A stretch of 26,810 nucleotides of DNA from Clostridiales bacterium (GCA_012735285.1 JAAYHT010000093.1:1-26810); one strand, 5' to 3'; positions 17,178 to 26,565 are shown, counted from the first letter of the stretch. Notes: generated by a model not told the origin, from the letters alone. Numbers and translations: made by a program.

Positions 17178-19559
17178 CTATCTTCTTATTAATCCTGCCA
17201 CCTTTTCAAAGCACATTGTAAAGAAGTTCATCACAGGAATTATTAACAGAGCCAGCACGAAAAGTACCAGACCGCTTCCCAGGCTCAAAGGTGACAGTGA
17301 GAAAAGGCTGGGAACAAAGGCTAGGATTATTACAAAAGCCGCCACCAGCGAGATAAATAGTATTTTCCGCCTTGTATTAAAGGGTGTACTTACTCGCCAA
17401 ATCATGCAAAATCCTACAACAGTGATTAAGATGGTTGTCACTGTTGAAATTTCATCCAGTGGCATTTTAAAAGCTATCGAAAATAGTACGGCTATTATGA
17501 CTATAAAAAGATTGGTCAAGGCTGCCGGAAAGGCCCTGTAGAGCACATTTAATAGAAAGCTTCCTTTTACAAGCTCGTTATTAGGTTCTAGCGCAAGGAC
17601 AAAGGCTGGAATGCCGATAGTAAGTCCGCTAACAAGGGAAAGCTGTGCGGGAGTTAGGGGATAGGCAAAAACAGCCGTTATAGATATAATGGCCAAGGCA
17701 AATGAAAAGATGTTTTTAACAAGGAATAGGGAAGCCGTTCGCTCGATATTGTTTATAACTCGGCGGCCTTCAGCAACAACGGAAGGCAGCGAGTCAAAGT
17801 TGGAACTAAGTAGAACTAGGTCTGAAATCTGGGAGGCAACATCACTTCCCGATGCCATGGCAATGCTGCAGTCAGCTTCTTTTAGGGCTAGTACATCATT
17901 TATTCCGTCTCCTGTCATAGCCACTGTCTTTCCGGCTTTCTTTAAAGCTTTTATAATCTGCTTCTTCTGTTCTGGTGTAACCCTACCAAAAACAGTGTAT
18001 TTTTTAGCTGCCTCTTCTAGTTTCTCAAGGGAGGTAAGGCTTGTAGCATCAATATAATTATCAGCATTTGGAATGCCTGCCTGTTTTGCAATTATTGATA
18101 CTGTTAGAGGATTATCTCCTGAAATTACCTTCAGTTCCACTCCCTGGTCTATAAAATAGGAGAAGGTATCTTTAGCGGTTGGTTTTACGGGATTTTCAAG
18201 AATTACTAGAGCAAGGGGATCCAAATAGCCGTAACCATATGAACCAAATAATAGTACCCGCTTTCCAAGGGATGCCTGGGCATTGATAATATCTTCATAT
18301 AAATAAAACTGATCCCCTAATACAATCTCGGGTGCCCCTAGGATGTACTCTTCATTATTGTCAAATTGAACTTTGCTATATTTTGTTTTCGAACTAAACT
18401 CATATATTTGCTTTGCCCGCCTCGGCTTTATAGCTTTGAAATGCTTTTTAATGGCCTGCATAGTGGCATTATCAGCAGGTAGATTTGCAGCAAAATCCGC
18501 AAAAAGGCGTTTGACCGTATTCTCATCTGCAATATCTTTATTAAGAAGAATCAGCTCAGTTACTTTCATATCGTTTTCGGTGATAGTTCCGGTCTTGTCC
18601 AGGCAAAGAACATTCACTCTAGCAAGGGTTTCAACTGATTTGAATTCATGAACCACTGTTTCTTTCTTAGCAATTCTGACAACGCTTGCAGCCAGCGCAA
18701 CGCTGACTAAAAGGTAGAGCCCTGCAGGAATCATTCCTACTAAAGCACCGGTGGTGCTTTCTACCCCCTCTTTTATCGTAAGGCCGAGAATCATAACCTG
18801 CCTTCTGTACAACAGAATTCCTATAGGAATAATCAATAGACCTATTACTTGTAAGAGCCTTGTAAGGGACTTCATCATGCCTGTCGGCTGTCTCTTTTTA
18901 CCCTTCTTTGCAGCAAGGGTCAGCTGGGATACAAATGAATCTTCACCAACATTTTCAAGCCGGGCCTTGCATTCACCAGATACTATGAAGCTTCCTGATA
19001 GGAGGAAGTCCCCCTTCCTTTTCGGGATTTCATCTGACTCACCTGTCACAAGGGATTCATTGACCATGACCTCACCTTCGACTAACTCAGCATCGGCATA
19101 GATATGGCTTCCCCGACTAAGTATTACGATATCATCGAGCACCAGTTGATCTACCGGTATTCTCGTTACAATCCCATCTCTTACTACGGTTGCCATGGTC
19201 TCCGATATTATGACAAGCTCATCAAGCTTGCGTTTAGCATCAAGCTCCTGAACTGTACCGATTACTAAGTTAGCCCCAACTATGACCATGAAGAGCAGAT
19301 CTTGATAAGAACCTACTGCGATTAGGGCAATGGCAAGTACAAAAAATATTAGATTAAAATAGGTTAAAATATTTCCCAATATAATTTCAGAAGTAGATTT
19401 TGTAGGGGATTCTACTTCTTTGTTATATAAACCCTGTTTGATGCGCTTATTAACCTGTTCGCTGGTTAAGCCCATGTCAGGGGAGGCATATATTCTTTTT
19501 ACTTTTCTTTTATTTGATGTGCTAGTGGATTTAGTTGATCTATTAAAGATACGACGCAT
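17178..19559 (-). CDS. Cation-transporting P-type ATPase (the M4 motif reads PAGL)
   Basis: TGES, DKTGT, SGD and TGDGINDV motifs with a multi-TM C-terminus; RBS-like GGGTAAAGGGA. Confidence 0.92.
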   Translation of the reverse strand: MRRIFNRSTKSTSTSNKRKVKRIYASPDMGLTSEQVNKRIKQGLYNKEVESPTKSTSEIILGNILTYFNLIFFVLAIALIAVGSYQDLLFMVIVGANLVIGTVQELDAKRKLDELVIISETMATVVRDGIVTRIPVDQLVLDDIVILSRGSHIYADAELVEGEVMVNESLVTGESDEIPKRKGDFLLSGSFIVSGECKARLENVGEDSFVSQLTLAAKKGKKRQPTGMMKSLTRLLQVIGLLIIPIGILLYRRQVMILGLTIKEGVESTTGALVGMIPAGLYLLVSVALAASVVRIAKKETVVHEFKSVETLARVNVLCLDKTGTITENDMKVTELILLNKDIADENTVKRLFADFAANLPADNATMQAIKKHFKAIKPRRAKQIYEFSSKTKYSKVQFDNNEEYILGAPEIVLGDQFYLYEDIINAQASLGKRVLLFGSYGYGYLDPLALVILENPVKPTAKDTFSYFIDQGVELKVISGDNPLTVSIIAKQAGIPNADNYIDATSLTSLEKLEEAAKKYTVFGRVTPEQKKQIIKALKKAGKTVAMTGDGINDVLALKEADCSIAMASGSDVASQISDLVLLSSNFDSLPSVVAEGRRVINNIERTASLFLVKNIFSFALAIISITAVFAYPLTPAQLSLVSGLTIGIPAFVLALEPNNELVKGSFLLNVLYRAFPAALTNLFIVIIAVLFSIAFKMPLDEISTVTTILITVVGFCMIWRVSTPFNTRRKILFISLVAAFVIILAFVPSLFSLSPLSLGSGLVLFVLALLIIPVMNFFTMCFEKVAGLIRR

Positions 19560-19637
19560 GTTAGATTCCCTTTACCCTAGATTTAATAATTAATCATAGC
19601 ATAAATTGAGAAATTATGTAAGATGAATTATAGATTT

Positions 19638-19664
19638 TAAAAAGGCTTCCCTAGTGAGAAGCCT
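19638..19664 (-). terminator. Terminator after the nitroreductase gene
   Basis: AGGCTTC/GAAGCCT stem (19643-19664) followed by T5 on the minus strand. Confidence 0.65.
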
Positions 19665-19668
19665 GTTA

Positions 19669-20325
19669 TCATTCAACAAATGTAGTGATTTCTGAAAGCT
19701 CTTTTCTTCCCGGGCTCTTGTTTCCAGGCGCCGGAACTCCTAAGCTAAGCATGCAGGCCAAGAAGTAGCCTTCTTTTTCAAAGCCTATTTCTTCCTTAAG
19801 CACTGCCTCTATCTCTTCCCTTGCGTAGTTTTGGCCTGTCATCCAGCAGGAACCGTATCCTAAATCTACTGCAGCAAGGGACATATTCTGAACTGCTGCA
19901 CCAATATTCTGCATTCCGGGATTTGGGATAAACAGTTTATCCATTTCCTCCTGTGGATAGCCTGCAAATTCCATTTCGTAATATCCGCTGGGATAATAGT
20001 TGGTGGCATAAATTATTATTAATACGGGAGCATTTAGATAAAAGAGGGTAAAGTTTTTTACAAACTTGCGAAAGCGGTTGCCCTTTTCAGGATCCTTTTC
20101 ATCCATCTTTTTGGAAATCTCTTCGTTTTTATCGGTTATAGCTTTTGCGATTTTTTCTTTCAAATCCTTATTTGTAACAACAAGGAAGTGCCAGTTTTGA
20201 CAGTTCTTACCCGAGGGGGCTATCCTGCCTGCATCTAAGATTTTTAAAATATCCTCTTTTGGGATATCCTGATCTGTATACTTTCTTATACTTTGTCTTT
20301 TTACAATAACATCTCTAAATTCCAT
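19669..20325 (-). CDS. Nitroreductase-family flavoprotein (likely start ATG 20325)
   Basis: RQSIRKY, APSGKNCQNWHF and AVQNMSLAAVDLGYGSCWM motifs; GGAGG 7 nt before the ATG. Confidence 0.9.
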   Translation of the reverse strand: MEFRDVIVKRQSIRKYTDQDIPKEDILKILDAGRIAPSGKNCQNWHFLVVTNKDLKEKIAKAITDKNEEISKKMDEKDPEKGNRFRKFVKNFTLFYLNAPVLIIIYATNYYPSGYYEMEFAGYPQEEMDKLFIPNPGMQNIGAAVQNMSLAAVDLGYGSCWMTGQNYAREEIEAVLKEEIGFEKEGYFLACMLSLGVPAPGNKSPGRKELSEITTFVE

Positions 20326-20360
20326 CACATAACCTCCAATCAATTCATATTATCACTTAA

Positions 20361-21773
20361 CTATATTTTAGTCAAAATTTGGATTAAAGAAACAATAGCC
20401 TCTTCCATTTTTCCTAAAGGGATGCGCGTATAATAGAAAACTACAACTGATCTATTCTCATCTTCATGGTAGTTTAAAACCGGTGCCAGCATGAGGCCCT
20501 GTTCTTTAGCCATAGCACAGATCATCTCAGTCTGTTTTTTATCAGGATTATCTTTTAATTCTAGCAGCATATGAAGTCCTGAGCTGTTTGCTAAAATATT
20601 AATCTTGTCCTTACCATATTTGTTTATCAGCGATGTGGCAAGCTGGATTTTTTGGGAATAGATTTTGCGGAGTTTCTTGAGGTTGGTTTGGTAATAGCCC
20701 TCTTGCATATATAGGGCCAGTGTTAACTGCTCAGCCTTTGAACAGGTTTGAGTATATCCTCCTAATACTTCTTCAAAGAGTTCATTTAGATCATTAGGTA
20801 AAACCATGTAGCTTATCTTTATCGATGAAAATAGGGTTGAAGAAAAGGAGCCCAGATAGACGACCTTTCCCTTAGTATCAAGGCCCTGTAGCGAGGGTAC
20901 AGGTCGTCCGGAATAAATCAACTCACTGTTGTAATCATCCTCTATGATAATGCTGTCATTGTTATAGGCCCAGTCAAGCAGTGAATAGCGCCTTGCTATT
21001 GGCATTACAGAAGCTGTAGGAAATTGGTTGGATGGACTGACATATACTGTTGAGCGGATATTTGCAGGAAGCAGTTCTATTTTTATTCCATCCTTATCCA
21101 GGGGCACCGTTGCCATTTTAAAGCCCCTGTCTTTAAAGATATCGCGTACAGGTAGATAGCCGGGGTTTTCAAAGGAAACGTAATCTATTCCTGTTTTTTG
21201 AAGAATAATGCAAAGCAAGTTTAAAAGCTGTTGAGTTCCTGCGCCTACTATGACTTGTTCCCAGCTGCATCTTACTCCCCTAGATTGGTATATATATTTG
21301 GAAATTTCGTATCTGAGGGGGGCTTCGCCTCTGGGGTTGCCCTCTTCAAACAGCAGGTGCGAGTATTCATTCAACACCTTGTTAATGCATTTTTTCCATT
21401 TAAAGAAATCAAAATTAGTCGGATCGTAGTATATGGGTTGCTGCATCGATTCAATAGAGGGGACTTCTGTGGCTTCAATCTTTTGTTCTGAATCCTCAAA
21501 AACAAATGCTTTGCCCACTTCGGAGGATATATCGTTGACGAAATAGCCTGACTGGGGTTTGCTGCTAATATAGCCTTCTACTAACAGCTGGTTATAGGCC
21601 AGCTCGATAGTGGTTAAGCTAAGGTTTAGGCTTTTGGCCAAGGATCGAAGGGAAGGCAGCTTTTCACCGGGCTTTATGTCCCTGTTTAAAATTGAATCCC
21701 TAATGTATGTGTAAAGCTGGATATATAGTGGTATATTTATAGAATCATTTAAGACGGGGGTAAGGGTTAACAT
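20361..21773 (-). CDS. MocR/GabR-family regulator (GntR wHTH plus aminotransferase-like domain)
   Basis: PLYIQLY...GEKLPSLRSLA...AYNQLLVEGY, then ENPGY, IIEDDY and YLGSFSS; RBS AGGAGG. Confidence 0.93.
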   Translation of the reverse strand: MLTLTPVLNDSINIPLYIQLYTYIRDSILNRDIKPGEKLPSLRSLAKSLNLSLTTIELAYNQLLVEGYISSKPQSGYFVNDISSEVGKAFVFEDSEQKIEATEVPSIESMQQPIYYDPTNFDFFKWKKCINKVLNEYSHLLFEEGNPRGEAPLRYEISKYIYQSRGVRCSWEQVIVGAGTQQLLNLLCIILQKTGIDYVSFENPGYLPVRDIFKDRGFKMATVPLDKDGIKIELLPANIRSTVYVSPSNQFPTASVMPIARRYSLLDWAYNNDSIIIEDDYNSELIYSGRPVPSLQGLDTKGKVVYLGSFSSTLFSSIKISYMVLPNDLNELFEEVLGGYTQTCSKAEQLTLALYMQEGYYQTNLKKLRKIYSQKIQLATSLINKYGKDKINILANSSGLHMLLELKDNPDKKQTEMICAMAKEQGLMLAPVLNYHEDENRSVVVFYYTRIPLGKMEEAIVSLIQILTKI

Positions 21774-21783
21774 CTTTCCTCCT

Positions 21784-21935
21784 AACTGTTACTTTGCATT
21801 GTGCAAAACTGTATATAAAATGGCTTAGATTTTTAATATTTTTGCTATAATTCATGCAACTGTATATATATAAATAGTTTAATTTGCATATTTATTTAAC
21901 TACAATTTGAGAATATTATAATACTACACACAGTT
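21784..21935. promoter_or_regulatory. Divergent control region with repeated AACTGT boxes (candidate MocR operators)
   Basis: AACTGT at 21784, 21807 and 21858 (the last two extend to AACTGTATATA), and inverted ACAGTT at 21930. -10-like TATAAT at 21846 (TG-extended) and 21917. Confidence 0.5.
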
Positions 21936-21958
21936 TTTGTAAATACAGGGTGATAGAA

Positions 21959-22735
21959 ATGGCAGAAAGAAATAAGACAAACAGAATAATATTGACAGGC
22001 CTTATGCTGGCCATTACCACAATTGCCACTATGGTAATAGCTATACCCGTACCCTTTACAAGCGGATATATTCATCTAGGAGACAGCATGATCTTTTTAT
22101 CCGTTTTGTTATTAGGATGGAGATATGGTGCAATTGCGGCAGGAGTAGGGTCTGCCTTGGCTGATTTGTTCTTAGGATATGTACACTGGCTTCCCTGGAC
22201 CCTGGGCATAAAGGCTATTATGGCAATACTGATGGGTATTGTAATAGAAAAGTGTGTTGGCAATAAAAGAAATACTCTTATAGCAAGCTTAGTAACAGCT
22301 GTATTTTGGTTAATATTTCATTTTTCAGTAAAGAGGATAATAGAGTATGAAAGTACTCATAACCCCGCAGCTCTCCTGAGTGAAGAGGTACAGGATCTGT
22401 CTGCTTTAGGGTCCTTCTTAAATACAGTACAGAGTCAGCTAATGATTGTAGCGCTAGCCATTCCTATATTCCTAATTATTATCTCATTTGTAATTAGGAA
22501 AAGGGAGCATTTCGTGATCCCTATTTCAGAAATCTTAGGCATGACCCTTTCCGGGCTTTGGATGGTCTTCGCCTACTATATAGCAGCAGGGCTTATCTAC
22601 GGTAATTTTGCAGTATCCGCCTTCAGCATACCAATGAATATGTTGCAGTTTATCATGGGATTTTTAGTTGCTTCTTTGATTACCGCTGCACTTTCTAAGA
22701 CGCCTTTGAATAAACATTTCAGGGTTAGGAAGTAA
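21959..22735 (+). CDS. ECF transporter S component (HmpT/PdxU-like), extended form
   Basis: IPVPFTSGYIHLGD, GSALAD, PWTLGIK and SIPMNMLQ motifs. The ATG at 21959 has an AGGGTG RBS; the track start 21950 is a GTG inside that RBS. Confidence 0.88.
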   Translation: MAERNKTNRIILTGLMLAITTIATMVIAIPVPFTSGYIHLGDSMIFLSVLLLGWRYGAIAAGVGSALADLFLGYVHWLPWTLGIKAIMAILMGIVIEKCVGNKRNTLIASLVTAVFWLIFHFSVKRIIEYESTHNPAALLSEEVQDLSALGSFLNTVQSQLMIVALAIPIFLIIISFVIRKREHFVIPISEILGMTLSGLWMVFAYYIAAGLIYGNFAVSAFSIPMNMLQFIMGFLVASLITAALSKTPLNKHFRVRK

Positions 22736-22736
22736 C

Positions 22737-23828
22737 TTATATTATTCCCTGCTTTATAAGATACTTGGCCGCTTGGGATTCGTCGGCGAAGATCTTAAGC
22801 ATGGTCCTGGTTATTATAGTAGGCTCGGGATTTTCTTTAAGGTAATCGGCAATTAGTATGCACAGGGTGCGGTCGTTGACTTTTTCAAGCAGCTTAATTA
22901 AGTTTATCTTCTTAAAGGCCTTCAACTCCCTTATCCCTGTCTGGAAGTTGTGAAGCTCATGTTCGGTTTCAATACGGTAGCTTTCTACTCTTTTTTTAAG
23001 CTCCTGATCAAAGGAGCTTTTCCTATATAATATACAAGGGTCCATCCTGAATATTTTAGCTGCCATTTCAGCGCCAAATATATCCTTCTTTCTAAACTGC
23101 CCCTTTGCCAGGCAGTAGTAGCTTCCGTCATAGAATCCAAAGGCTTTTAAAGTATCCAAGTATCCCAGCCTGATATTCCTCTTAGCTATTTCTGAGTCAA
23201 AGACAAGAACGCTTCCAAGATTCCATTTGCAGCGGATAAGAATAAGGTGTTCTGCTTGCTTTAGGGGTTCTTTTCGGACATGGCCCCTTGTTTCAAGGTC
23301 TACCGCAATCACATGGGTGGCGCCTTTCATAAGGGCCATATCAACGGGGACATTGTCAGTGAAGCCTCTGTCAATGTACTTTACATCATCAATATCCCTA
23401 TATTTTATTGCAGGAAAGAGGGCTGAGCTTGCGAGAATAAAGTCGATCAGCTTACCCCTTGGGATGTCTTCAATAAATAGATGATGGGTGGCAAGGTTAG
23501 GCAGCTGTGCAGTAACAAGGCCGTATTCGATCTTGCTGTTTCTTACCTGGTCTTCATCGACATACTCTTCTAAGAGTTTTTTAAGAGGGAGCTCCTCCTT
23601 TCTAGAAAGGCCTAGAATTTGGCTTGTCTCTAACTCTTGCCATAGCTCTACAGAAAGATCGAATTCGTCCTGGACTATAAAGATTCCGTTGATAGAGCCA
23701 ACAGATGCGCCTGTTACTATATCAATTTGCATGCCCATTTCACGCAACGCTTGCCAGACGCCAATTTGATAGGAGCCCCGGGCACCACCGCCGCCTAATA
23801 CCAGGGCTGTCTTCCTTGTTTTATCCAT
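22737..23828 (-). CDS. Patatin-like phospholipase (the third motif reads DRG)
   Basis: GGGARG oxyanion loop, GASVG nucleophile elbow, and YIDRGFTDNVP where DGG is expected. Confidence 0.88.
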   Translation of the reverse strand: MDKTRKTALVLGGGGARGSYQIGVWQALREMGMQIDIVTGASVGSINGIFIVQDEFDLSVELWQELETSQILGLSRKEELPLKKLLEEYVDEDQVRNSKIEYGLVTAQLPNLATHHLFIEDIPRGKLIDFILASSALFPAIKYRDIDDVKYIDRGFTDNVPVDMALMKGATHVIAVDLETRGHVRKEPLKQAEHLILIRCKWNLGSVLVFDSEIAKRNIRLGYLDTLKAFGFYDGSYYCLAKGQFRKKDIFGAEMAAKIFRMDPCILYRKSSFDQELKKRVESYRIETEHELHNFQTGIRELKAFKKINLIKLLEKVNDRTLCILIADYLKENPEPTIITRTMLKIFADESQAAKYLIKQGII

Positions 23829-23839
23829 TGCCGAATCTC

Positions 23840-24832
23840 CTAGAACAGTAATTTGCCTATGATAGGGGTACTATCGCGCAGCACATTTACTACTACAAAT
23901 ATTGTATACGAAAAAAGAAGCAGAAGTCCATACCTTCGGGGTATACTTCTTCTATATTTATTACCCGCCATTATTGCAAAGATAACAATTAGAAGAGTCA
24001 TGGGAATTTGAAAAAGCAGAATAATTGGATCATGGCTAAAAGGCAGAGGTTTGAAGACGGCAGAAAGAGCGGTAACCTGAAAAATATTTAGTGTGTTTGC
24101 ACCTATAATATTTCCAAACCCAATATTTGAGACCCCTTTTCTAATAGATGTGATCGTGGTGAAAAACTCAGGCAGTGAAGTTCCGAAAGCGGTAAAGGTG
24201 ACGGCAATCATGATAGATGGGACCTTAAGAATCATGGCTATTTTAATACCGTTATCTACCAATAGATTGGAACCCCAGATGACAAGTGTGATGCCGATGA
24301 TAAATAAGATGGTCTTCTTTATGACCGTTCTTAAAGAAGTATCATATCTTCCCTTTGTTTGATTGCAATTAGAAGTTTGAGATGAAGCTATGTTCTGAAT
24401 GAGATATATAATTAAGAAGACTAGAAGAATAATCCCTATAATCCTGTTCAATTCACCTTGAATGAATCCCACTACCCAGACAAAGATAATTGAGGCTATA
24501 AGCCAAAAAGAACTTATTTTAAATTGTCCCGGGTTTTTTACACGAGGCTTGCCAAATAGTATTAATATGGCCATTATGATACCTGTATTAAATGCAATCG
24601 AACCAATTGCATTTCCTATAGCCACATCCGTTTCTCCTTTAATGGCAGCCGATACTGATACGAAGGTCTCTGGCAAACAGGTACACATGCTTACTATCGT
24701 GGCTCCGATTATAATATGGGGGATATTGAAGACTCCTGCCACCCAAACGGTTGAATCTAAAAACAGATCACTGCCCTTAATTATCATAATTAGGCCGATG
24801 GCAAATAGGATAAAATAGATTGAATGTCCCAT
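23840..24832 (-). CDS. Calcium/sodium antiporter (CaCA, YrbG-like); likely start ATG 24832
   Basis: Two alpha repeats (IGATIVSMCTCLPE...GNAIGS and TAFGTSLPE...GNIIGAN). GGAG RBS 8 nt before the ATG. Its stop overlaps the patatin RBS. Confidence 0.88.
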   Translation of the reverse strand: MGHSIYFILFAIGLIMIIKGSDLFLDSTVWVAGVFNIPHIIIGATIVSMCTCLPETFVSVSAAIKGETDVAIGNAIGSIAFNTGIIMAILILFGKPRVKNPGQFKISSFWLIASIIFVWVVGFIQGELNRIIGIILLVFLIIYLIQNIASSQTSNCNQTKGRYDTSLRTVIKKTILFIIGITLVIWGSNLLVDNGIKIAMILKVPSIMIAVTFTAFGTSLPEFFTTITSIRKGVSNIGFGNIIGANTLNIFQVTALSAVFKPLPFSHDPIILLFQIPMTLLIVIFAIMAGNKYRRSIPRRYGLLLLFSYTIFVVVNVLRDSTPIIGKLLF

Positions 24833-24895
24833 TAAAATATCTCCATAATTTAGTGTCAATACTTAATATACGCTAATAATTAGCAGTTATTCGCA

Positions 24896-24924
24896 TTGCT
24901 TTAGATTGGTTTGTGTAATAAGAT
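24896..24924 (+). promoter_or_regulatory. Putative sigma-A promoter of the sirtuin gene
   Basis: TTGCTT (24896-24901), 17-nt spacer, TAAGAT (24919-24924). Confidence 0.5.
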
Positions 24925-24941
24925 GGTTATGAGGTGGTACT

Positions 24942-25694
24942 ATGAGTAAAATAGAAGAATTAAAAAGAATAATTGATAACAGTAATAACATAGTGTTCTT
25001 TGGTGGAGCGGGTGTATCGACTGAAAGCGGTGTACCCGATTTCAGGTCTGAAGACGGGCTCTACAAAGCCAGGCAGAAGTATAACAGGTCGCCTGAAGAA
25101 ATGATTTCCCATTCATTTTTTATTTGGGATACCAATACTTTTTTCGACTATTACAAGAACAATATGATCTACAGAGAGGCAAAGCCAAACAAGGCCCATT
25201 TAGCACTGGCTAAGCTAGAAAAGGAAGGTAAGCTAAAGGCTGTTGTAACACAGAATATTGATGGGCTTCATCAGCTTGCAGGGAGCAAGGAAGTGTATGA
25301 ATTGCATGGCTCTGTTTTAAGAAATTACTGCATGGATTGCAATGCATTTTATGACCTTGACTATATTATGGACGAAAAAAACTGTGTCGATAAAGATGGA
25401 AAACAGACCATGATCCCCTATTGCAGCAAGTGCGGCGGCATTGTTAAACCTGACGTTGTGCTCTATGAAGAGGCATTAGATCAGGAAGTTCTGAGCAAGG
25501 CCATAAACGCAATATCTAATGCCGATACTTTAATTGTAGGCGGCACTTCTCTAGTAGTTTATCCTGCAGCAGGCTTGATAAATTATTTCCACGGAAATAA
25601 TCTGGTTTTAATTAACAAGTCTAAAACCCAGTATGACAACAGAGCAAATTTAGTAATAAATGATGCAATAGGAGAGGTGTTGGGTTCTATTTAA
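24942..25694 (+). CDS. cobB: NAD-dependent protein deacylase (Sir2 family)
   Basis: GAGVSTESGVPDFR, TQNIDGLH, ELHGS, CxxC...CxxC, KPDVVLYEE and GGTSL motifs. Confidence 0.95.
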   Translation: MSKIEELKRIIDNSNNIVFFGGAGVSTESGVPDFRSEDGLYKARQKYNRSPEEMISHSFFIWDTNTFFDYYKNNMIYREAKPNKAHLALAKLEKEGKLKAVVTQNIDGLHQLAGSKEVYELHGSVLRNYCMDCNAFYDLDYIMDEKNCVDKDGKQTMIPYCSKCGGIVKPDVVLYEEALDQEVLSKAINAISNADTLIVGGTSLVVYPAAGLINYFHGNNLVLINKSKTQYDNRANLVINDAIGEVLGSI

Positions 25695-26565
25695 CCTTGT
25701 TAGAAAGCACCCCTATTTTCTCAATCTGACATATTACTTCATCGCCGCTTTTTAAATATCTGGGAGGATCAAATCCCATTCCTACACCGGCAGGCGTACC
25801 GGTAAGTAATATATCTCCGGCTTTTAATTCGAATCCTCTCGACAGGTCGCTTATGAGAGCGGGGATATCGAATACCATATCCTTTGTGTTGGCATGCTGT
25901 CTTAATTCATTGTTGACGTAGCATTTTAATTCTAAAGACAATGGAAGAGGCAGCATGCTCTTATGAATAATCCAGGGACCCATAGGACAGTGGGTTTTTA
26001 AACTTTTACCCTTATACCATTGTTCGTGTCTATTTTGCAAATCCCTTGCTGATATGTCGTTTGCGATAGTGTATCCGAAAATATATTCTTCGGCTTTTTC
26101 TGCAGGAATATCTGATCCATTCTTTCCAATAACTACGGCAAGCTCAACTTCGTAATCCACTTCCTTGGTTATGTTTTCGTGAAGCAGAATGTCTTCGCCA
26201 GTTGCTATTATAGTATGGTCTGGCTTAGTGAAGTAGATTGGATGTTTTGGTACATTGTCTGAAAAAATCTTGCTATCCAGTTCATCTGCGTGGGCTACAA
26301 AGTTTTTACCGACGCAGATTAGATTCCTCTTCGGATTGGGGATAGGTGCCAGCAGTTTTACCTCGTCTAGAGGAATGGATAAATTGGGTCTGGTGCCAAA
26401 GAAAAAGGCTATCTGATCTGTCCATTCATCATTGTATTCTTCGATAAATTCGTTCATGTTCTTTTCTGAATCTAAGAATTCTGATAGAAGAAAAACCCTA
26501 TTTCCTTCTGGGTCTACAGAGCAGATCTCTTGTTTCCCGTTATAGTAAATGGTTGCGTATATCAT
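25687..26565 (-). CDS. Fumarylacetoacetate (FAA) hydrolase-family protein
   Basis: CVGKN, YFTKP, DYEVEL, NDISARDLQ, KGKS and TGTPAGVG motifs. Confidence 0.92.
   Translation of the reverse strand: MIYATIYYNGKQEICSVDPEGNRVFLLSEFLDSEKNMNEFIEEYNDEWTDQIAFFFGTRPNLSIPLDEVKLLAPIPNPKRNLICVGKNFVAHADELDSKIFSDNVPKHPIYFTKPDHTIIATGEDILLHENITKEVDYEVELAVVIGKNGSDIPAEKAEEYIFGYTIANDISARDLQNRHEQWYKGKSLKTHCPMGPWIIHKSMLPLPLSLELKCYVNNELRQHANTKDMVFDIPALISDLSRGFELKAGDILLTGTPAGVGMGFDPPRYLKSGDEVICQIEKIGVLSNKVK

Noticed and set aside
24670-24700. Antiporter alpha-1 repeat reads MCTCLPE instead of GTSLPE
   Set aside because: Alpha-1 is variable in this family and the key PE is intact; I cannot distinguish it from normal divergence without an alignment.
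24942-25694. Sirtuin as part of an anti-phage (SIR2/Thoeris-type) system
   Set aside because: It is a standard ~250-aa zinc-containing deacylase with housekeeping neighbours and no defence partner.
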